From: Leidyana gryllorum EB-2025a
Taxonomy: Eukaryota; Protista; Apicomplexa
Direction of reading: 5' to 3'
Assembly (NCBI GenBank): GCA_048772705.1
Contig: JBLWGC010000080.1
Span: 1 to 5,462 of the forward strand
Length of the DNA stretch: 5,462 bases
This document shows positions 1 through 5,384 of this stretch, one piece after another. Numbering within the stretch: position 1 is the first letter of the stretch; every line of letters starts with the position of its first letter. Under the pieces are notes generated by a model, which ran no database searches, was not told where the DNA came from, and saw only the letters and a list, made by a program, of their open reading frames with translations. The translations under genes and the position numbers were made by a program.

Positions 1-2
1 GA

Positions 3-20
3 TGGTATGGCCGCAGCGAT
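3..20 (+). promoter_or_regulatory. Putative primer binding site (TGGTATGGCCGCAGCGAT)
   Basis: TGG follows a 2-nt spacer at the start of the internal region. TGGTAT matches the start of iMet-type PBSs (TGGTATCAGAGC in plants). The 5' LTR is not visible and the cognate tRNA is not identified. Confidence 0.6.
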
Positions 21-1029
21 TAGACCGGGGGATACGACCCCACCCACAGAGGAAGAAAAGAAGCTCGAAGAAAGAATGCGTAGAGTGGAACAGCACCTTG
101 AGGCAATAGCCAACTCCGCAAAGGCGACAGGAAGCCAGACCACCACGAAGGACAAAGCAAAAGACGGAAGCAACGAAGGGGGGAGGAACAAAGCCGACGC
201 CGCATTACGAAAGCTTACCCAGTTCAGCGGCGACTCAGAACCCACAGCATCGGACTGGCTCGACAGTTGTTCAGTCCGTTTCCTCTCACATGGAGTCACG
301 GATGATTATGCGAAGGTGCAAGCAGCTTGCTCACTGCTCACAGGATCGGCAGCCAGATGGCTCCTCAACAAACCTTCAATTATCAACCTCGCATGGCAGG
401 ACTTCACAACACGCCTATTAACACAATTCGATACACTCAAGACGATTCAAGATGATCTGAGCACATTGGCAACAATTAGCAAAACGGGCAGTATGCAGGA
501 GTACGTCCAAACCTTCCAGTCACTCTGCAGAGGCCTAAACCCAGCGGTAGAGGAACGAACGAAGGTCAATTTCTTCTTTAAAGGCCTGCCGAGCAATGAC
601 GCCCAAGCATTAGCACCGTTTGTCGCCGAGAGCAGCGACACTCTTTGTCTCAGAGCACTGCAGTACGACTCCATCATTGGCGGAACCAAACGGAAAGCCG
701 AAGAACACTGCTTCATGGTCCGAGAAAGGCGCACGGGAGGCTCAGTAGGCCGCAGATGCCGGTATTCGTACCAACAATGCATTGAAGAGAAGCGATGCTT
801 CAACTGCGGAGGAAGAGACCACACGGCATGGAAGTGCCGCTTCCCGCGCGATGATAGAACGCGAAACGATTACACGAATGCGAATCAGACAAGCCTGAAC
901 CACCCAGCACGCAAAGTCTTCGCCACAGGAATCCCGGATTTTCAATTCCCCCTAGGACAACCGGTGCAGGTCCTCGAGGGGGCGACCAACCAGATAGGCA
1001 CCCCACACTTACCGCAAAATGGCGCATAA
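7..1029 (+). CDS. gag: Gag polyprotein (capsid + nucleocapsid), 340 aa
   Basis: Retrotransposon capsid motifs FSG..A.DWL, LTGSAARW, W.DF...L..F, GSMQEYVQTF and FFKGL, plus a CX2CX4HX4C zinc knuckle. ATG7 is in good context (ggtATGg); an alternative ATG lies at 76. Confidence 0.93.
   Translation: MAAAIRPGDTTPPTEEEKKLEERMRRVEQHLEAIANSAKATGSQTTTKDKAKDGSNEGGRNKADAALRKLTQFSGDSEPTASDWLDSCSVRFLSHGVTDDYAKVQAACSLLTGSAARWLLNKPSIINLAWQDFTTRLLTQFDTLKTIQDDLSTLATISKTGSMQEYVQTFQSLCRGLNPAVEERTKVNFFFKGLPSNDAQALAPFVAESSDTLCLRALQYDSIIGGTKRKAEEHCFMVRERRTGGSVGRRCRYSYQQCIEEKRCFNCGGRDHTAWKCRFPRDDRTRNDYTNANQTSLNHPARKVFATGIPDFQFPLGQPVQVLEGATNQIGTPHLPQNGA
796..837 (+). other. Nucleocapsid zinc knuckle CFNCGGRDHTAWKC
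   Basis: Exact CX2CX4HX4C spacing in a basic, Arg-rich context. Confidence 0.95.
936..1002 (+). promoter_or_regulatory. -1 programmed ribosomal frameshift signal (slippery heptamer + stem-loop/pseudoknot)
   Basis: G GAT TTT at 936..942 is phased with gag codons and followed by a 5-nt spacer. The stem is CCCCCT-AGGAC (948..958) / GTCCT-cg-AGGGGG (970..982), and loop GGTGC (963..967) is complementary to GCACC (998..1002). The pol frame is -1 to gag and open from 858. Confidence 0.85.
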
Positions 1030-4000
1030 GTCACCCAGAGAACCCCAACAAATCGGTCGAAGCATGCATCCTTATAGACACGGGCGCCTCCATCGCCTGT
1101 GTCAATAAGGATACGGCACAGCTACTGAAGTTGCCACTGGATGGACAGACCTTCACCATCGAGTCGGTTCACGGCAAGCGAGCAGAACAGACAGTGAGAC
1201 TCAGATTGATAACCAGCGCGGGCCAAGCGATAGGAATACAAGCAGCAAGGATAGACCTCCTTCCGTACGACTTGATAATACCAACGGAGACCATAGTCCG
1301 ACTACAACTATGCATTGCCACGAACCAGGATCAGCGCTTGTGCATACTAGAACAGTATGTGGTTCCTGTGACCAAACAACAGGCACAATGGGGATCAGGA
1401 AGGGGCGAGGTACACCTATTACAAGCCGAAACTGACAAAATCGTACCGCCACCGATAGACTCACCGATAGACATACCACCCCGATACGCATACATTCTGA
1501 AAAAGAAGTTTCCTAATCTTACCACAAATACAACACGAATGCCACCATTCAGACCGGGAATAGATCACACAATACAACTCGATGAACCCAACGCACAGCC
1601 CTTCGTCGGACGACCATATAAAATTCCCCAGAAATACGTACCGGAGATGCGCAAACAACTGGTACAACTGGCCAGTGAAGGGAAGATCAGCCTTAGCACA
1701 TCGAGCTGGGCGTCACCGTGTATGTTCGTCCCCAAAAAGGACACAGCCACACCCAGGCTCGTATGCGACTACAGGCGTCTCAACGCAGTCACAGTCAAGC
1801 ATGCCTCAATAATACCCACCATTGATGATGCGCTCCAAGTATTAGCAGGGGCCAAATGGCTCTCCTCACTTGATCTGAAAGCCGGTTATCACCAAGTACG
1901 CATGGAGGAACAATCAAAGTCACTTACCGCATTCACGACGCCCTGGGGGCTATACCACTGGAATGTTATGCCAAATGGACTGATGAACGCACCTGCCACG
2001 TTCATGAGATTGATGAATCAAGTATTTGGGGACTTACTAGGCATTTCGGTCTATGTATACTTGGACGATGTCCTCATCTTCTCACCAACTGAAGCACAAC
2101 ACGTCAGAGACCTGGAAGCCGCTCTACAACGACTGTCAAACCACGACCTGATCATCCACCCTCGAAAGTCACATTTCTTCAAACAGTCGCTCACCTTCCT
2201 CGGTCACACGATTGGGGCAGACGGAATCAGACCAGTCCAAACCAAGATCGACAGCCTAACACAACTCGAGTACCCGAGGACGCTGAAAGAATTGCAAAGG
2301 ATAATGGGAATGATGAACTACTACCGACGTTTCATACCGAATTTCGCGGATGCAGCCCACCCACTGTACAAGTTAGGCAAAGGCTTGAAAGCGCCGAACG
2401 ACAAGACCTCTGAAACGAAGGAAGCGCATGAAGCATTGGAGGACCTCAAACGAGCCATACAGCGCGCTCCCTTACTGAAGTTTCCACATCCGGAAAGCAA
2501 AACACTTGTACTCGACACCGACGCCAGCAATCAAGCACTAGGAGCAGCCCTGCAACAAGAGGAAAATGGAGAATTGGTACCAATCGACTATATGTCACTT
2601 ACACTGAATGACGCACAATCCCGTTACCCGACGCACGAGAAGGAGCTACTAGCGCTGGTGACAGCTTGCAAACATTGGAGACACCTGCTGATTGGGCGGC
2701 GAATTAAAGCTCGAACGGATCACAAACCACTGATTTACCTTTTAAAGCAACCGCACCTATCCGATCGGCAAGCGAGGTGGCTAGTCACACTATCCGAGTT
2801 GGATATAGAGATAAATTATTTGCCAGGAGCCAAAAATTTTATCGCGGATCTATTAAGCCGACCACGAACGAAACCGGATAGACGGGAATGCAACGCCACC
2901 ACTGCAACGGGAACACCGGGAGCAAACGACAACGACCACAGTGGACTGACACAAGACGCAGACACCGCTGAGGAAGCACCGGTGGAAGGTCTAGAAGAAC
3001 GACTAAGGAGAGAATGGGCGCAGCGAAAAAGCGAAGCCGGTAAGTGCGGACAGATCCAATGGATACAAGAACTCCCCGTGACCGAGGACGGGTGCATCGA
3101 GGTACCGGCGGCAGCCGACATCATAAACGAGATTATTAAAGAGAATCATGACAGCAAGATGGCAGGCCATTTGGCCGCGGACAAGACCGCAGGGAGAATA
3201 AGAGCACTGTTCAACTGGAGAGGCCTGATGGCCGATGTCACCAAATACTGTCAAAGCTGCGAAACATGTCAGGTCGCAAAGAAACGCACCCACAAGCCGT
3301 ATGGCTTGTTGCACCCATTAGGGAACCCATCGCTGCCGTGGACCGAAGTCGGTATCGATTTCCTCGAGATGCCCAAGGATCCAGATAGCGGACACGACTA
3401 TTTAATGGTGGTCGTGGACCGATTGACCCGGCGTGTACGCCTCCTTGTCTGCAAGAAGACCATTACGGCCAGTGAAGCAGCACAACTATTCTTATCTAAC
3501 ATAGTGCAGGTACACGGAGTCCCTCGAAAGATAGCCTCAGACAGAGACCGACGCTTTTTGGCCGAAGTATGGACCGAACTGATGAAGTCACTGGGAGTCA
3601 ACTTAGCACGCAGCACCAGCTACCACCCACAGTCGAACGGATTAGTGGAGAGGGCGAATCGAACAATCGTACAGATAATCCGATGCGCTCTGAAAGCGCA
3701 CGGGGGAAACTGGGTAGCATACGTGGCTCCCACGGAAATGGCCTACAATGCAGCACCGCAGGCATCAACTCGCTGCACACCCCTGGAACTGGACACAGGG
3801 AGGACGACGTTTCTACCGTCAAACCTGACGGATATTGCATCCGGACGCAGCGTGACAGGCCGAGTGTATCTTCAGAAGTTACAAGAAGCAACGGATCGAC
3901 TACAGGCAGCTGCAGAGCAACAAAAACACCAAGCGGACAGGCGACGACAAGAGAAACACTTCAGAGTCGGGCAATTGGTCCTATTAGCGACTAAACACTT

Positions 4001-4457
4001 GGCACATGTACCCACCACGAAACTCACCAACCCGTACTGCGGTCCTTTCGAAATTCTTGAGCAAACGGGCGAAGACACTTACCACTTAGCGGTCCCACAG
4101 AGTTGGGGTATATACCCGAAGTTCCACACGAGCAGACTGGAACCATACCACCCTAGAAACACGACAGAAACACGATCAGCAACCACCAACGAACAATCAG
4201 CCTTAGACATCAGAACGGAACATGAAGAGGCAACCCAACCACAACTGTATATAATGAAAGAGATTATTGGCTGGAGAGAAACGAGCAATGGACTAGAGTA
4301 CAAAGTGACATGGGTGGGGTACAACGACCAAACGTGGGAACCAGCAAAGCATGTGACAGACGCTGATGGACACGACCTCATCGAAGCCTTCATGAAGAAA
4401 TGGAACGCAAGATACCCGAAGAACCCGTTCCAAATCCCAGAAGGGGGAGGGATGTAG
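936..4457 (+). CDS. pol: Pol polyprotein (protease, reverse transcriptase, RNase H, integrase, chromodomain), expressed as Gag-Pol
   Basis: The frame is open 858..4457. The ORF-track start at 1131 (TTG) is downstream of the protease active site LIDTGAS (1071..1091), so the real coding region begins upstream, at the frameshift. Confidence 0.95.
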   Translation, partial: GFSIPPRTTGAGPRGGDQPDRHPTLTAKWRISHPENPNKSVEACILIDTGASIACVNKDTAQLLKLPLDGQTFTIESVHGKRAEQTVRLRLITSAGQAIGIQAARIDLLPYDLIIPTETIVRLQLCIATNQDQRLCILEQYVVPVTKQQAQWGSGRGEVHLLQAETDKIVPPPIDSPIDIPPRYAYILKKKFPNLTTNTTRMPPFRPGIDHTIQLDEPNAQPFVGRPYKIPQKYVPEMRKQLVQLASEGKISLSTSSWASPCMFVPKKDTATPRLVCDYRRLNAVTVKHASIIPTIDDALQVLAGAKWLSSLDLKAGYHQVRMEEQSKSLTAFTTPWGLYHWNVMPNGLMNAPATFMRLMNQVFGDLLGISVYVYLDDVLIFSPTEAQHVRDLEAALQRLSNHDLIIHPRKSHFFKQSLTFLGHTIGADGIRPVQTKIDSLTQLEYPRTLKELQRIMGMMNYYRRFIPNFADAAHPLYKLGKGLKAPNDKTSETKEAHEALEDLKRAIQRAPLLKFPHPESKTLVLDTDASNQALGAALQQEENGELVPIDYMSLTLNDAQSRYPTHEKELLALVTACKHWRHLLIGRRIKARTDHKPLIYLLKQPHLSDRQARWLVTLSELDIEINYLPGAKNFIADLLSRPRTKPDRRECNATTATGTPGANDNDHSGLTQDADTAEEAPVEGLEERLRREWAQRKSEAGKCGQIQWIQELPVTEDGCIEVPAAADIINEIIKENHDSKMAGHLAADKTAGRIRALFNWRGLMADVTKYCQSCETCQVAKKRTHKPYGLLHPLGNPSLPWTEVGIDFLEMPKDPDSGHDYLMVVVDRLTRRVRLLVCKKTITASEAAQLFLSNIVQVHGVPRKIASDRDRRFLAEVWTELMKSLGVNLARSTSYHPQSNGLVERANRTIVQIIRCALKAHGGNWVAYVAPTEMAYNAAPQASTRCTPLELDTGRTTFLPSNLTDIASGRSVTGRVYLQKLQEATDRLQAAAEQQKHQADRRRQEKHFRVGQLVLLATKHLAHVPTTKLTNPYCGPFEILEQTGEDTYHLAVPQSWGIYPKFHTSRLEPYHPRNTTETRSATTNEQSALDIRTEHEEATQPQLYIMKEIIGWRETSNGLEYKVTWVGYNDQTWEPAKHVTDADGHDLIEAFMKKWNARYPKNPFQIPEGGGM
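1062..1350 (+). other. Aspartic protease (retropepsin) domain; boundaries approximate
   Basis: ACILIDTGASIACV with catalytic DTG at 1077..1085, flap-like IESVHG, and YDLII. Confidence 0.88.
1560..2250 (+). other. Reverse transcriptase core domain; boundaries approximate
   Basis: Motifs WASPCMFVPKKD, RLVCDYRRLN, LDLKAGYHQ, TAFTTPWGLY, MPNGLMNAPATF, YLDD (2058..2069) and FLGH. Confidence 0.97.
2505..2862 (+). other. RNase H domain (Ty3-type)
   Basis: Motifs LDTDAS, EKELLA, RTDHKPL, RQARW and NFIADLLSR. Confidence 0.95.
3120..4152 (+). other. Integrase (HHCC zinc finger, DD35E core, GPY/F module)
   Basis: H-X6-H-X29-C-X2-C at 3147..3269. D at 3357, D at 3540 and E at 3648 (35-residue spacing). 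GPF at 4041..4049. Confidence 0.96.
4248..4403 (+). other. C-terminal chromodomain (group I-like)
   Basis: YIMKEIIGWRETSNGLEYKVTWVGYNDQTWEPAKHV matches Y.ve.I.......eYlVkWkGy....TWEP. All three aromatic-cage positions (Y, W, Y) are present. Confidence 0.92.
4439..4452 (+). promoter_or_regulatory. Polypurine tract AGAAGGGGGAGGGA
   Basis: 14 consecutive purines immediately before TGTAG. Confidence 0.92.
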
Positions 4458-4509
4458 TAACCTACGGAGGAACCAAGCCACCTTGAGTACACTTTTTAGT
4501 TGCATGACA

Positions 4510-4605
4510 CTGTCTAGCCAGAGCTAGCCCAGCTAAGAACAAACCTGCGTCTCTGTGTCTCGGTGCCGGCCGGGACCGGCACGGAGACACGGGAACACAC
4601 ACTTA
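4510..4605 (+). repeat. Left arm of diverged inverted repeat in the LTR (two-hairpin module)
   Basis: CTAGC-caga-GCTAG (4514..4527), then hairpin GTGTCTC-g-GTGCCGG-ccggga-CCGGCAC-g-GAGACAC (4555..4590), then AACACAC..ACTTA. Confidence 0.75.
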
Positions 4606-4656
4606 GGAGACCAGGCCTTGACAACCGATGGAACTTCGCGGTCGCCATTTACCCGT

Positions 4657-4728
4657 TTACATAGGGTACGCGGTTTTCACGGTTCGTTCGTTGAGTGCTC
4701 TATAGTCGCAGACGAGGCGAGGGGTCGT
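4657..4728 (-). pseudogene. Short reverse-transcriptase remnant TTPRLVCDYRALNERTVKTAYPM*
   Basis: Manual translation of the minus strand, in the +1 frame relative to the antisense Gag ORF. 14/17 aa are identical to the element's own RT segment TPRLVCDYRRLNAVTVK (1749..1799). Confidence 0.85.
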
Positions 4729-5254
4729 CAGTTGTGGATCGGGGAGCGAATTCCTTCAAGAAGGAGGACTGGAAGTTGTCCCAGCTTTGGTCGGGTAAGT
4801 CGGGTAAGGTCAGGGCCCACTGTGCGGCTGAGCCGTGGAGGTAAGAGCATGCCCACGCTGCCCGGTGGTCGTCTGGGGTGTGGCGTGTCCTGAATCGAAG
4901 AGATATGGCGTCAAGCCACTCTTGAGCTTCCTTGCGACGTCGGCCGTCGAAGGTAGGCATGTTCTTCAGCGGATCTTGTCCGTCCATGAAGATGGCATCC
5001 CTGGCCGGAGGTGGCTGCGGACTCGTGGGGTGCACCGTCGGCTGGGAAGTCGCCGCTGCGCCCGATCGGAGCAAGGTGAGTATTTCAAGCATAGCGTTAT
5101 TCAGTAGATCTAGGTTGGTTGAGCTTTCTAGGTGAGTGGTGGCCAAGGATTCGGAGGAAGAGGACGTCGGTTGTTTGGTGGCTTGGGTGGTTTCTAACGA
5201 CGCACTGCTACCATTTTCAGCCCCGCGGGCTTCACTGTTCTTTCTAGGAGGCAT
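4700..5254 (-). CDS. Antisense truncated Gag-like protein (capsid N-terminal domain only), 184 aa, inside the LTR
   Basis: ATG at 5254 in accATGc context (the track start at 5311 is GTG). Residues 95-169 align with Gag residues 66-141 at 27/76 identity with one gap (F.G.....A..WLD..S.RF, DD, ACS.L.GSAA.W.L..P, W..F....L..F). Strand composition flips relative to gag-pol. Confidence 0.85.
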   Translation of the reverse strand: MPPRKNSEARGAENGSSASLETTQATKQPTSSSSESLATTHLESSTNLDLLNNAMLEILTLLRSGAAATSQPTVHPTSPQPPPARDAIFMDGQDPLKNMPTFDGRRRKEAQEWLDAISLRFRTRHTPDDHRAAWACSYLHGSAAQWALTLPDLPDQSWDNFQSSFLKEFAPRSTTDDPSPRLRL

Positions 5255-5300
5255 GGTTGATCTCGACGGTAATTCTGGTTCGCGGCACGCAACGAAAAGG

Positions 5301-5384
5301 TAAGTACACACGTGTGTTGTTGTGTCTCCGGCCGGCCGGCCCGGGTCGAGACACGCAATTTGCCGGATTGGCTCCGGCCAACAG
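5301..5384 (-). repeat. Right arm of diverged inverted repeat in the LTR (two-hairpin module; candidate antisense promoter/leader)
   Basis: On the minus strand: TTGGC-cgga-GCCAA(T), then GTGTCTC...GAGACAC (5322..5354), then AACACAC..ACTTA, in the same order as the left arm. It contains CCAAT (minus strand, 5367..5371). Confidence 0.75.

Noticed and set aside
1131-1133. ORF-track start of the 1108-aa pol ORF
   Set aside because: It is a TTG downstream of the protease DTG motif. The frame is open from 858 and a -1 frameshift signal explains expression.
1560-2250. Prokaryotic RT system (retron, DGR, group II intron, CRISPR-associated RT)
   Set aside because: The RT is embedded in a Gag-PR-RT-RH-IN-chromodomain polyprotein with PPT and LTR. 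No repeat-spacer array or template/variable repeat pair is present.
2863-3030. Low-complexity Thr/Ala/acidic segment between RNase H and integrase as an extra domain
   Set aside because: It looks like an ordinary variable linker with no motif.
20-4505. Numerous short minus-strand and alternate-frame ORFs overlapping gag/pol (e.g. 447..824, 3569..3994, 4079..4492)
   Set aside because: They have no recognisable motifs and are expected shadows of long coding regions.
4657-4661. TGTAA on the minus strand ~40 nt after the antisense stop as a chlorophyte-type poly(A) signal
   Set aside because: It is a 5-mer and the host is unknown, so it cannot be supported. No AATAAA or convincing TATA box was found in the LTR either.
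5255-5311. 19-aa N-terminal extension of the antisense ORF (GTG start at 5311)
   Set aside because: In a eukaryotic element, the first ATG (5254) has good Kozak context and is preferred.
4555-5354. Inverted repeats as TIRs of a MITE/DNA transposon inserted in the LTR
   Set aside because: No target-site duplication is seen, similarity extends outward towards the LTR termini, and the enclosed sequence is retrotransposon gag/RT-derived.
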